A stretch of DNA of 64,000 bases from Coleofasciculus sp. B1-GNL1-01. Lineage in GTDB: Bacteria; Cyanobacteriota; Cyanobacteriia; Cyanobacteriales; Coleofasciculaceae. Position 1 is the stretch's first letter. Every line of letters begins with the position of its first letter. The position numbers were made by a program, and so were the translations under genes. A model generated the notes under the pieces. It was not told the DNA's origin and did no database searches. It saw nothing but the letters and a program-made list of their open reading frames with translations. The DNA lies in the NCBI GenBank assembly GCA_040220235.1, contig JAVJTO010000051.1; one strand, 5' to 3'. Shown piece by piece: positions 51,374 through 61,736 of the stretch.

Positions 51374-51789
51374 AAGCTTTTCAAGGGGTTAAAGAACTGA
51401 CAGAACGTTGGCTCTGGGACTAGATTTAAAAATTGCTTGTTAACAAAGATGTCAAACCGTAGGGTAGTGGCGTTGAACGTAATGCTTAAATCATAGCTTA
51501 ACATTAGTTAATTATACAGGGATTAGCTCTGAGCAATACCAAAAGTACCGGACAAGAAAGCTCCAAGGCAGATGGTTTCCAGGAAAACGAACCTCAAGGG
51601 ATAAAGGGGGTGACAAAAGCGAATTTGATATCAGCCACCAAGATTGACAAATAAACCAATACATGCATTATCTCTAGGTAACACCTTATTTGTTGATAAT
51701 GGTATGATTTTGACTGGGCTTACATCCCCTTTTGGGCGGATTGCGCCTCTTTCTGACGACTGAACCGAGGCTAGTGTCACTGAGTTAAC

Positions 51790-52072
51790 GGGGTGACAAA
51801 CTAGCTGAAGTGTTGAGCCATCCTGCTTTTATCCCTTTTCTTCTTGTCACAGATAAGGTCAAAGATAGCAGTTTTTTCTGGGGGACTAGCCCCCCAGACC
51901 CCCCAATGGGGGACGAGCGCCTCCCCCATACCCCCTGCGCAACGCTTCGCTTGAATATATCTGCTCAGGTGGTCTTCATCTGTCAATAAGGGTGTCAATA
52001 AGGCTTCATCTTTGGAGATACTAATGTCACTTAAAACCTGATTTTAAAAGGTTTTGGACGGCTTGTCACCCC
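51790..52072. mobile_element. MITE-like element with GGGGTGACAA/TTGTCACCCC termini
   Basis: Perfect 10-bp terminal inverted repeats and GC-rich internal hairpins; no clear target-site duplication. Confidence 0.55.
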
Positions 52073-52078
52073 TTCAGG

Positions 52079-53908
52079 TCACTGAGCATATAAGGAAAAA
52101 CTCAGAGGAGCAAGGGTTAAGGATTGTCCAGCTTGTAGCTGTTGGGGAAGTTGAGATCCCTCACCCATCCATTCCTTATCCGCCGAGTCAATCACTTTGG
52201 AGAAGTTCCCTGGGGGAATCTGAGGCGAAACGGTTACCGCATTTTTGCCAAAGTGCATCAAAGCGAAGATTTGGTTCTCTCCAGTCTGGCGATGGGTCAC
52301 GATAACTTTTTCTGGGGACAAGCTAGAAACGTTGAGAGCTTGGCGATCTAGATTAGCTAAAGCTGGGGTTTCTTTCCGTAGCTGAATTAACTGTTTGTAC
52401 CAGCGCCGCAATACGGCATAGTTGTCTTGGTCTATCTTCTCCCACTGTAGTTTTGACTGCTCAAAGACTTTTGTCCCTTGGGGATCAGGGGCGTTGTCCC
52501 AACCAAACGCTTTAAACTCTTCCGCTCTCCCGGTACGCACCCCTTCAATTAAATCGGGATCACTGTGACTAACAAAATACTGAAACGGTGCCTCTTCACC
52601 ATATTCTTCACCCATAAATAACATGGGAACATAGGGAGAAAGCAATACCGCCGCTGCCGCTAACTTCAACCCCTGAAAGTCTACCAAAGTGGATAAGCGA
52701 TCGCCAATTAGCCGATTACCAATTTGATCGTGGTTCTGGATACAGACGACAAACTGTTCTGCTGGGCGATCCGCTGCTGAATTGCCATGGTTGCGTTTGC
52801 GGAAGCTGGAATATTGTCCACTATAGATATAGCCTTCGCGCAGAGCGACTGCCAACTGCTCAATTTTGCCAAAATCTTCGTAATATCCCGATAGTTCGCC
52901 CGTTAACAGACTGTGCAAGATGTGGTGAAAGTCATCGCACCATTGAGCATCATGACCAAATCCCCCGTCTTCCCTGGGTTTAATCACGCGCACGTCATTG
53001 AGATCACTTTCGGCGATGACGTATCGTTGCACTGGCGTGGTGCGATTGAAATTAGCCACCGCATCTCCTAACTCTTGTAGAAAGGGTTGAGCGCTCATAT
53101 CGTAAATCGCGTGAACTGCATCAACTCGCAGGGCGTCAATGTGGTACTTGTCTAACCAGTACAGGGCATTCTGGATAAAGAAATTCCGCACATCATTACT
53201 ATAAGCACCATCAAAATTAACTGCATTGCCCCAAGGGGTACGGTATTGATCCGTAAAGTAGGGACCATACGCCCATAGATAGTTGCCTTCGGGTCCTAAA
53301 TGGTTATACACCACATCTAAAATGACCGCGATCCCCGCCTGGTGGCAAGCATCCACGAGCTTTTTCAACCCCGCAGGTCCCCCATAGGACTCTTGCACAC
53401 CATAGACATAAACCCCGTCATACCCCCAGTTGCGGCTTCCGGGAAACTGGGCAACGGGCATAATTTCAATCGCGGTTATGCCTAAATCCTGAAGGTAACT
53501 CAAGCGAGGAATAATCGATTCAAAGGTTCCCTCTGGGGTAAAAGTACCGACGTGGAGTTCGTAAATAATTAGGTCTTTGAGGGGAATTCCTTGCCAGGAA
53601 TTATCCGTCCAGTCAAATTGGTGATCCACCACCTGAGAGTAACCATGGACTCCCTCTGGTTGGTAATGGGAGGCGGGATCAGGTCGTTCCAGTGACCCAT
53701 CGAGTTGGTAAACGTAGAGGGTTCCGGGGTCAGCGTTTACCGTTTCCTGCCAATATCCCCATTCATCCTGTTGCAGAGGAATCACTTGATCGTGGGGAGA
53801 GACGATGTGAACGGCGACGCTGTCCCGGAACGGCGCCCAAACTCGGAATTCACATTGACCCTTACCCAGGTAGTTGCTGCCAATTTTCATATCACCCATA
53901 AAAATCAT
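52079..53908 (-). CDS. treZ: Malto-oligosyltrehalose trehalohydrolase
   Basis: FRVWAP, YELHVGTF, WGYDGV, DVVYNH, RVDAVH, QNHDQIGNR. Start may be MKIG a few codons in. Confidence 0.95.
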   Translation of the reverse strand: MIFMGDMKIGSNYLGKGQCEFRVWAPFRDSVAVHIVSPHDQVIPLQQDEWGYWQETVNADPGTLYVYQLDGSLERPDPASHYQPEGVHGYSQVVDHQFDWTDNSWQGIPLKDLIIYELHVGTFTPEGTFESIIPRLSYLQDLGITAIEIMPVAQFPGSRNWGYDGVYVYGVQESYGGPAGLKKLVDACHQAGIAVILDVVYNHLGPEGNYLWAYGPYFTDQYRTPWGNAVNFDGAYSNDVRNFFIQNALYWLDKYHIDALRVDAVHAIYDMSAQPFLQELGDAVANFNRTTPVQRYVIAESDLNDVRVIKPREDGGFGHDAQWCDDFHHILHSLLTGELSGYYEDFGKIEQLAVALREGYIYSGQYSSFRKRNHGNSAADRPAEQFVVCIQNHDQIGNRLIGDRLSTLVDFQGLKLAAAAVLLSPYVPMLFMGEEYGEEAPFQYFVSHSDPDLIEGVRTGRAEEFKAFGWDNAPDPQGTKVFEQSKLQWEKIDQDNYAVLRRWYKQLIQLRKETPALANLDRQALNVSSLSPEKVIVTHRQTGENQIFALMHFGKNAVTVSPQIPPGNFSKVIDSADKEWMGEGSQLPQQLQAGQSLTLAPLSFSLYAQ

Positions 53909-54100
53909 AGTTTCAGGGACTTGTCAAGGTTTTCGCCGTGCGATCGCCTGACTCGGAATCAGCCAATAGGCGGGGTATCCGCACACGATCCGATAACCCC
54001 ACAGGTTATAACGTTTAAATCTAACATCTGGTCTGACCTCTCTGGAATAGCCGACTCAAGTCGCCTATGCCTACCTTCTTAATTCGACCAGCCAGATTGT

Positions 54101-54116
54101 TGTAACAACTATTACA
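54101..54116. promoter_or_regulatory. NtcA-type binding site TGTA-N8-TACA
   Basis: TGTAACAACTATTACA in the divergent treZ/psbQ intergenic region. Confidence 0.5.
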
Positions 54117-54400
54117 CGCTTTTGTAACAATGAGATCCCTCTTAAGAAAGAGGCGTCAAGGAGGGAGAAGGCAAATATGGGAAAAGCGCCTGGGAGTCTT
54201 GCCGTGTTTCGACCCCAAGCGCCTTTTCCTTTTCCTCACACACACAACCTAAGTATACTCAATTTGTGGGAATTGTCCAGTCCCAAATCGGAAAAAGCTT
54301 GTCACCCCTTCAGATTGGCAACACCCCCTATAATACCTCTAGTTAGGTTTGGGTTGAGCTATAACCCAATGTATTCGTTTGTCTATATCAAGATCAAGGA

Positions 54401-54892
54401 TTGTATACGAGGAAACTCATGCTGATCAGAAGTTATCGCTCCATTCTGGCGTTGATGCTGGCGCTGGTGACCACCTGTCTGGTAAGCTGCGGGAGTCCTG
54501 CGGCAACTGCACCGCCCCCAGCTTATACATCTCAGCAGGTTGAGCAGATTCAGCGCACGGTGTCTAACCTCTCGGAACTGCGGGGAAAAATGCCCGTTCT
54601 GAAAACGAAAATTGATAACCGTGACTGGGTTGATGTTAGCACTTATATTCATGGTCCATTGGGCAGTCTGCGGCGAACCATGAGTTATCTGACACGCCAA
54701 TTGGTTTCCCAAGACCAAAAGGCAGCCAGTGAAGCGGCAGACGACTTGTTTGAACATTTGCAGCAAATCAACACTGCTGCTGAAAACCGCAACTATCAAC
54801 TTGCTATCAACAATTATCAAGAGGCGTTAATCGACTTTGATCGGTTCTTAAAGCTGATTCCGGATGCCAGTAATGTAGCTGGAGTTGCCTGA
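54401..54892 (+). CDS. psbQ: Photosystem II extrinsic lipoprotein PsbQ (CyanoQ)
   Basis: Lipobox LVSC, YIHGPLG.LR. The real start is probably near 54419. Confidence 0.9.
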   Translation: MYTRKLMLIRSYRSILALMLALVTTCLVSCGSPAATAPPPAYTSQQVEQIQRTVSNLSELRGKMPVLKTKIDNRDWVDVSTYIHGPLGSLRRTMSYLTRQLVSQDQKAASEAADDLFEHLQQINTAAENRNYQLAINNYQEALIDFDRFLKLIPDASNVAGVA

Positions 54893-56011
54893 ATGACTCA
54901 TGTTGCCATCATTGGGTGTGGGATTGTTGGTGCCGCGATCGCTTATGAACTAAGTGGCGTTCCGGGGCTACAGGTGACTGTGTTAGATCGCCAACCACCC
55001 GCCCAAGGGTCAACTGGGGCAGCATTGGGTGTCTTGATGGGTGTAATTAGTCAAAAGGTTAAGGGAAGAACATGGCAGTTGCGCCAAGGCAGTATGCAGC
55101 GCTATGAAACCCTGATTCCGGAATTGGAAACGTTGACTGGGCATCACATTCCCTTTAACCGTCAAGGCATTCTAATGCTGGCGTTTGAGAACGATGATTT
55201 AGCCCGTTGGCAGAATTTAGTCAAAATTCGCCAATCTCAAGGATGGCAACTGGAAATTTGGAACCCCTCTCAGGTTCAATCCCACTGTCCTCAGCTTAAT
55301 CTGGAGAATAGTATCGGTGCGATTTATTCTCCCAATGATCGACAAGTTGAACCCACCGCCCTCACTCACGCCCTAGTCTCTGCCGCCGAAAAAAGGGGGG
55401 TAACGTTTAAGTTTGGTGTTGATGTTGAAGGGGTGGAATCCATACCTGCCAATGGTTCCAATCGGCGAATTTGTCAACAAATTCACACAAACAGGGAAAC
55501 TTTGGCAGTGAATTGGCTGGTAATTGCGGCTGGATTAGGTTCGGCGCAATTGGTCAATTTTCTGCTACCCCCACTTGATCACTCGTCTTCGATTAAGCTG
55601 AAACCCGTTCTCGGTCAAGCGTTACAATTACGCTTAGAAAATACAATCGGAAATCCCGATTTCCAGCCTGTGATTACCGGAGATGATGTGCATATTGTGC
55701 CAATCGGTGGCAGTGATTATTGGGTGGGGGCAACGGTTGAGTTCCCTGATGGCGCTGAAGTGGTAGCAGAACCTGCGTTACTTGAACAGGTTAAGGAAGA
55801 TGCGATCGCCTTTTGTCCCGCTTTAGCCCAAGCCACAGTGGTTCGCACTTGGTTAGGAAAACGTCCTCGTCCAGAAGGACAGCCTGCTCCGGTTATTGGT
55901 AAACTATCAGGTTATGATAATGTCTTGCTGGCAACGGGTCACTATCGCAACGGTGTTCTCCTCGCCCCAGCTACCGCCCAAGAGATTCAAGCAATAATCT
56001 GTGGCGTCTAG
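54893..56011 (+). CDS. FAD-dependent oxidoreductase (glycine/D-amino-acid oxidase family)
   Basis: IIGCGIVG, GQAL, GKRPRP, TGHYRNGVLLAPATA. Confidence 0.9.
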   Translation: MTHVAIIGCGIVGAAIAYELSGVPGLQVTVLDRQPPAQGSTGAALGVLMGVISQKVKGRTWQLRQGSMQRYETLIPELETLTGHHIPFNRQGILMLAFENDDLARWQNLVKIRQSQGWQLEIWNPSQVQSHCPQLNLENSIGAIYSPNDRQVEPTALTHALVSAAEKRGVTFKFGVDVEGVESIPANGSNRRICQQIHTNRETLAVNWLVIAAGLGSAQLVNFLLPPLDHSSSIKLKPVLGQALQLRLENTIGNPDFQPVITGDDVHIVPIGGSDYWVGATVEFPDGAEVVAEPALLEQVKEDAIAFCPALAQATVVRTWLGKRPRPEGQPAPVIGKLSGYDNVLLATGHYRNGVLLAPATAQEIQAIICGV

Positions 56012-56057
56012 AATCTAGTGCAGGGCTTGGTTTATTTAAGATGACGGTGAAGACGAC

Positions 56058-56954
56058 GTGTACCAACAAGAGCAAATTCAAGAGTTATTTGGAAAGCAAT
56101 TTCTCGATTATCTAAAAAACAAAAATAAAGGGGGAATAGTCAACGAAAAAAGTAATACTTATGAGAATTTTTTTGTCGTATATAAAATATCGGTTTTGTC
56201 CAAAGATGTCTTAGAAAATGATAAAGAAATATTCTTTGCTAGTCAAATCATGGCATTTGTTGATGACTTAATTATTAACGACATCCAGGAGAATATTTAT
56301 CAGCACTACCAGTTGAAAAATACTGCAAGTTTAAGATGGGGAAGTGGATTACGCTCAATTGCTGACGATTTTGTTAAACAATACAACTTAAATCAAACTA
56401 TATCAAAGCAATCAGAAATGACATTAGTTGTTTCTAACTTCCAACTCAGAGACAGGTTGGCAAATCAAATACCTCAGCAAATTGCCGAGTTTAGTAAAGT
56501 TGATTACTTTTACTTTGCCCCTAGTTTACCAAAAGTTCTTCAAGAAGAACAGGAGTTTAGCCAAGCGGTGGCATATCTTTGCGCTTTTGACAATCCTGAA
56601 CCCGATAAAATTGAATGTGTAGCTAGTGTGATTCTAGGCGCGTGGCTTTCCAGCGATAAATCTAATGTCTCTCTTAGGGAAATTTTGGAAAAATCTCGAC
56701 AATCGCAACCTTCTTATATTCGTTACTTTGGTAGCCAAGATGTGCAAATCGATCCAGAGGTTAAAAAAATTCTTGCTAAAATACAAGGGTTTACATACAG
56801 CATATCTAAAGGTTTTTTGCAATGGCAATTTGCGAATGGACTGGAAGAAGGAACTTTGCCATACAGTATAGAGACTGAAAACTTTAGACGCTTTCAAGAA
56901 CGAGTTAAGCAAAATAAACCAATGACATTTGATGAACTTGAAATTTACTTTTAA
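56058..56954 (+). CDS. Putative PD-(D/E)XK nuclease (Cap4/DUF4297-like N-terminus)
   Basis: GGIVNEKSNTYE ... FVDDLII ... HYQLKN motif order; AT-rich gene. Confidence 0.6.
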   Translation: MYQQEQIQELFGKQFLDYLKNKNKGGIVNEKSNTYENFFVVYKISVLSKDVLENDKEIFFASQIMAFVDDLIINDIQENIYQHYQLKNTASLRWGSGLRSIADDFVKQYNLNQTISKQSEMTLVVSNFQLRDRLANQIPQQIAEFSKVDYFYFAPSLPKVLQEEQEFSQAVAYLCAFDNPEPDKIECVASVILGAWLSSDKSNVSLREILEKSRQSQPSYIRYFGSQDVQIDPEVKKILAKIQGFTYSISKGFLQWQFANGLEEGTLPYSIETENFRRFQERVKQNKPMTFDELEIYF

Positions 56955-57037
56955 AGAAATTAAATTTTTAGAGTAAATATTTATGAACTTGCATAAAAAT
57001 TATACAATTATTTATTTTTAGTTATACAAAATAGGAG

Positions 57038-57769
57038 ATGATTGGTATGCAATTTACAACTAAAATAAACTCAAGATACTATACAGAATTAGCCGATACG
57101 GAAACAAAAAAATTTCTCGATAAGTTAGCAGATAAAAGCACATCTCCTGAAGCCTATCGCTCAGTTATGTTTAATCTAGGAGTAAAACTTGGCAATTCAA
57201 TTTTAAGGTCTATTAATAGTCAAAGCAATGTATATGTAGCTTGTACCGTTGAAGATGCGGATTTTTTAGCCAAAGGAATTCTTACGACTTTAGAACCTAA
57301 AGTTTCAAAACTTGCCTTCGCTTGTTTTTGGAATCAACGATTTTCCCCCTTTGAGATAAACGAGTTAAAAGTTGCTCCGATACTCAAAAAATATCAAGAG
57401 CCTGTTAATAATGATATTGTTCAGTATTTAATCGTGATTAAGTCCATTATCTCTGGTGCTTGTGTTGTGAGGACAAATCTAACTAATCTAATTCAAAAAA
57501 TTGAACCCGAAAAAATAATTATTGCTGCACCAGTCATTTATAAAACAGCAGAAGAAAAGTTAAGTAGTGAATTCAACAAGGATATTTACAGTAAATTTGA
57601 GTTTTTCTACTTTGCTAAAGATTCCACACGAGATGATAAAGGTATAGTTCTACCTGGTATTGGTGGTAGTGTGTATGAGCGGCTAGGTTTTGAAGGTCAA
57701 GATGAAAAGAATAGATATATTCCTGAAATCGTTAAATCTCGACGTCACAAGCTTATTCAAAAAATTTAG
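57038..57769 (+). CDS. Uracil-phosphoribosyltransferase-like (type I PRTase fold) protein, degenerate PRPP loop
   Basis: TSPEAYR..M..LG and GIVLPGIGGSVYERLG resemble UPRTase termini. LIVIKSIISG occupies the position of the usual VxDPMxATG loop. Confidence 0.6.
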   Translation: MIGMQFTTKINSRYYTELADTETKKFLDKLADKSTSPEAYRSVMFNLGVKLGNSILRSINSQSNVYVACTVEDADFLAKGILTTLEPKVSKLAFACFWNQRFSPFEINELKVAPILKKYQEPVNNDIVQYLIVIKSIISGACVVRTNLTNLIQKIEPEKIIIAAPVIYKTAEEKLSSEFNKDIYSKFEFFYFAKDSTRDDKGIVLPGIGGSVYERLGFEGQDEKNRYIPEIVKSRRHKLIQKI

Positions 57770-57778
57770 AATAGTGGT

Positions 57779-59989
57779 TTAAGTCTGGTTAGGTTTAAGA
57801 TTTAGGGGAATCTCTACAATAAATGAGGTTCCTTGTCCTGGATGAGAAACGCAACGAAGTTGACCGCCGTGTTTTTCCACCACAATCTTATAACTAATGG
57901 ACAGTCCTAATCCCGTTCCCTTTCCCACGGGCTTGGTGGTAAAAAATGGGTCAAATATATGCTCAAGGACATTTTGACTCATGCCATAACCATTGTCCCC
58001 AATCTGAATCACTGCCCAATCAGTCGCTTTTTCCGTTGAACTCCAGGACTGAACCCGATGAGTTTGGGTGCGAATCACAATTTGTGGCTCTCTGAGAGGA
58101 GCATCCGTTTGCGTCGCAGCCTCTGATAAGGCTTCAATCGCATTAGCCAGCAAATTCATAAACACTTGATTTAAAAGGCTAGAATAACATACCACCAACG
58201 GCAGTTGACCATACTCTTTAACGACCTTAATTTCAGGACGATTCTTCTGCGCTTGGAGTCGATGCTGCAAAATGAGTAGAGTATTATCAATTCCCTGATG
58301 AATATCGGCGGGTTTTAGTTCATCATCATGGCGTCTAGAGAAGCTGCGTAGCGATAAAACGATCTGCTGGAGACGTTCAGCGCCAACCTGCATCGATTGC
58401 ATCAATTTTTGCCAATCCTCTACTAGAAAATCTAACTCAATCTCCGACGAAATCTGGCGAATTTCTGATGTGGGATTGGGATAGCTCTGCCGATATGCTT
58501 TAATGAGGCGTGTCAAGTCTTCAAAGTATTGCTTGGTATAGTCAAGATTACCTGCAATAAAGTTAACGGGATTGTTCAATTCATGGGCGAGTCCGGCTAC
58601 CATTTCTCCGAGAGCCGACATTTTAGCCGCTTGGACGAGTTGGGCTTGAGTGTCTTGCAATTCCGAGAGAGTCGTTGTTAGCTGTTGCGCCTTTTGACGC
58701 TCTCGGACTTCCGATTGGCGTAGCGATTCTTGCGCCTGTTGGTGCTGGTTGGCTTCTAAGACTAAGGACACTAAATCGCCACTGGAACGAGCGAAATTCT
58801 GTTCTTCTGACGTCCAATGGCGCTCTTGACCCACCTGTTCATGGCATACAACACCCACGGTTTGACCCCCGATTCGGATGGGAGCATCCATCATCGAAGC
58901 AATTCCCAAGGGTGTTAAGTAAACAGACGAAAATTCGCCAGTTCTCGGGTCAGTGTGGGCATTGTCTGCTGCAATGAGTTGGTCAGCCATTAACGCTTGA
59001 AAATAGTTGGGATAATCAACGGCTGTCAGTTCGGTTCCTTCATTATGTTGGCGGCTACTGAGTTCAAACAGGTCAAAGCATTGAATCTGAGTTCGGTTCG
59101 AGTCAAACAGCCAGATACTTACCCGTTCAATGTTAAGGGTTTGAGCAGTTGCTTCTGTGATGGCTTGGAACGCTTCCTGCAAGTTTCCCTGATGCAGTGC
59201 TTTGTTTTTAGCCAGTTCCATTAACACCCGGTTTTGATGGTGCAATTTGTTGACACGTTGTTGTAGTTCTTGATGGGACTCAGCTAAGTTGGCTTGGGTC
59301 GATGACCGTTGGGTGTACTGATTGGGTAGAAGGAGATAGGCTTGTCTGGCAGCCAACCACACAACCCCATAGAGTAAGGTAAAAATGGAAACGGCAGCTA
59401 TTACAATTGTCCTCTGGGTGTGTTCAATGCGCTCTACTAAGGGAGTCTCATCCGTATAAAGTTCAAAAATACCTATAATTGGCTCACTGGCATTCTCAAG
59501 CTGGATGGGAATGTAGCTGGAAAAAAGCTGGCGGTCTGTAATTTTTCCGTTAATTCCCTGGAACTCTTGGTGCTGATTGTGTAATGTTAAGGTTTGACCG
59601 TTACGGGCAATGAGAAAGTCTTGGCTATTGGTTATTTTGCCAATCTCAGAGGGTTCCGTGGAAAAAATGGTGCGCCCTTGGTGGTTAGACAGTTTGACTT
59701 TAACCACGGATAGACCTTTGATCTCATTGATAACGGTGCGATGAAGTCTAGCGATTTCCTCCGATGATAGCAATTGCTCATCACTCAGTTTTTCGGCTGA
59801 TTGCAACAAGGGAGCTAAATCTGAACCCCAGGCATTGGCAAACGCTTGGGTTAATGCCACATTGTTACTTTCTCCCATCGCGACCAAATCGCCATGAACT
59901 TTCTGATGGTAAATGAAGCTGATAAAGACTGTGGCTAAACCAAAAGCGATTAAACTGATAATTGAAAAAGAACGGAGACGGTTTAACAT
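57779..59989 (-). CDS. Membrane sensor histidine kinase with GAF domain
   Basis: Two TM helices, GAF (ERVSIW, RHWTSEE), AHELNNP, NQVFMNLLANA, DNGYG, FFTTKPVGKGTGLGL. Confidence 0.93.
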   Translation of the reverse strand: MLNRLRSFSIISLIAFGLATVFISFIYHQKVHGDLVAMGESNNVALTQAFANAWGSDLAPLLQSAEKLSDEQLLSSEEIARLHRTVINEIKGLSVVKVKLSNHQGRTIFSTEPSEIGKITNSQDFLIARNGQTLTLHNQHQEFQGINGKITDRQLFSSYIPIQLENASEPIIGIFELYTDETPLVERIEHTQRTIVIAAVSIFTLLYGVVWLAARQAYLLLPNQYTQRSSTQANLAESHQELQQRVNKLHHQNRVLMELAKNKALHQGNLQEAFQAITEATAQTLNIERVSIWLFDSNRTQIQCFDLFELSSRQHNEGTELTAVDYPNYFQALMADQLIAADNAHTDPRTGEFSSVYLTPLGIASMMDAPIRIGGQTVGVVCHEQVGQERHWTSEEQNFARSSGDLVSLVLEANQHQQAQESLRQSEVRERQKAQQLTTTLSELQDTQAQLVQAAKMSALGEMVAGLAHELNNPVNFIAGNLDYTKQYFEDLTRLIKAYRQSYPNPTSEIRQISSEIELDFLVEDWQKLMQSMQVGAERLQQIVLSLRSFSRRHDDELKPADIHQGIDNTLLILQHRLQAQKNRPEIKVVKEYGQLPLVVCYSSLLNQVFMNLLANAIEALSEAATQTDAPLREPQIVIRTQTHRVQSWSSTEKATDWAVIQIGDNGYGMSQNVLEHIFDPFFTTKPVGKGTGLGLSISYKIVVEKHGGQLRCVSHPGQGTSFIVEIPLNLKPNQT

Positions 59990-60830
59990 TTAATAAAATA
60001 GGAAATACTTTGCAGAAATAATTTTAGACATTATAGCATAAATGCAAATAATCTAGCACATTGTTTGGTTTTGGAATCGCCAAAATTAAATACAAATACT
60101 ATTGGCAGCAAATAATTTAGCAATTTATTATTCACTTGATCACAAATAAGCACAATTAACTTATTTTTTGATTTATTTTTCAAAAAAGTCTTTTATTGTT
60201 ACCCAGCAAAGCAAGGCAAATGACAGCTATTTAAATAACTTGATTATCAGAATAAACTATTCCTTAAGCAAAAAAAAATGATGCCTGGTAATATTTGGAT
60301 AAATCTGGCGTTGTCTAGGTTTTGATCATCCTGCACCAGGAAGTACCAACGCCTATACAACGGCTGTACCCAGCAAGCCGCCGATCATTAAATCAGTTGG
60401 GTTAGCCATGACAGGTAAGGAGAGGATTAGATTGGGCGCGATCGCAACATTGGTTCTGACGGTAACCTCTCTTCTCCTATCCCTGACAGGAACAGGGTTT
60501 GCCACTATCTCGTGGCTTGTAACCATGGCGTACTCTTATCGGAGCTTGTTACCTTGGAGAGTAGCAGGGTGATTAGCACTACCTTATGATACGCTCATCA
60601 GCAGTAACAGGCTATCCCCTAATCCTACCAATGTAATCGGGTGAGCCTGAGAATTAGTGTAAATTGGCAGGACGTGTCTTCCCAATGACGAATAATAATC
60701 TTTTGCTTGATTCTATACTACCAAACGTGACGCGATCGCGACCCATGAACCTACTCAAGTTTTCTAGGCAAAGGCAAGTCTTCATTCAACAACTATTCAA
60801 CCTAATCAATCTAGAGATTGGAGTAGATTT

Positions 60831-61721
60831 GTGGCAATTGTAATTTCATTTATTAACTTTAAGGGAGGTGTGGGTAAAACAACAACCACCGTCGCCGTTG
60901 CTGAGATGCTGGCTGGGGTATTCCATCGCAAAGTTTTGGTTATTGACCTTGATCCGCAAACCAATGCCACATTAATGCTGATTGGCGAAGAACGATGGGA
61001 AGAACTTAATGAAAATCGTCACACCTTAGCCCAACTGTTTCTGGATGCGATCGCGCCAGAACATCCTAAGTTTCATCTGCAGAAAACCTTGCAAAAGCAA
61101 GTCTCTAATGTTAAAGATTTAACCAGTTTAGATTTGCTGCCGTCGAGTTTAGATCTAATCAATGTGCAAGATCGGCTAGCGACTATTCCCGCCGGACGGT
61201 TTTATGCCGCCAGTCCGATTAACATCTTGCGGCGAGGAATTCGCTCCTTAATTGACTCTTATGATTATATTCTCATCGACTGCCCACCTAATTTGGGTAT
61301 TGTGACACTCAATGGATTACGAATTTCTCAAGGTTATATCATTCCCACCATTCCGGATATTCTCTCAACCTATGGAATTCCCCAAATTACCAAAACTATT
61401 CATGAGTTTTCTGAAACGATTGCTGAACCGATTGTTCCCTTAGGCATTGTTATCTGTAAATATAATGCTGGCATGACACTTCACGATCGCGTGATTAAGG
61501 ATTTACGGCGATATAGTAAAGATGCCCGTGTCTTTGAAACCCAAATTCCGCACAAACAACAAATTGCTGAAACCGTTGAATTCAATCAAGCCGATAAGTT
61601 TTCAACCTTGCGACAAAAATGGGGATATGCGGGTCAGTTTGAACAATATCTAAATTTGGCAAAAGAAATCCGACTCGCGGCGAGTCAAATTATCAAAGAT
61701 AAGCCATCTTACTTCAGTTGA
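60831..61721 (+). CDS. ParA/Soj family ATPase
   Basis: Deviant Walker A KGGVGKTT, IDLDPQ.NAT, IDCPP. Confidence 0.9.
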   Translation: MAIVISFINFKGGVGKTTTTVAVAEMLAGVFHRKVLVIDLDPQTNATLMLIGEERWEELNENRHTLAQLFLDAIAPEHPKFHLQKTLQKQVSNVKDLTSLDLLPSSLDLINVQDRLATIPAGRFYAASPINILRRGIRSLIDSYDYILIDCPPNLGIVTLNGLRISQGYIIPTIPDILSTYGIPQITKTIHEFSETIAEPIVPLGIVICKYNAGMTLHDRVIKDLRRYSKDARVFETQIPHKQQIAETVEFNQADKFSTLRQKWGYAGQFEQYLNLAKEIRLAASQIIKDKPSYFS

Positions 61722-61736
61722 ACGTGGAGACATTGC

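Noticed and set aside
56009..57776. Direct repeats flanking the nuclease-PRTase cassette (TAGAATCTAGTG and TAGAATAGTG)
   Set aside because: Too short and imperfect to call attachment sites, and no integrase is nearby.
60408..60572. 54-aa ORF with a signal-peptide-like start
   Set aside because: It is probably a gene remnant; too little support to call.
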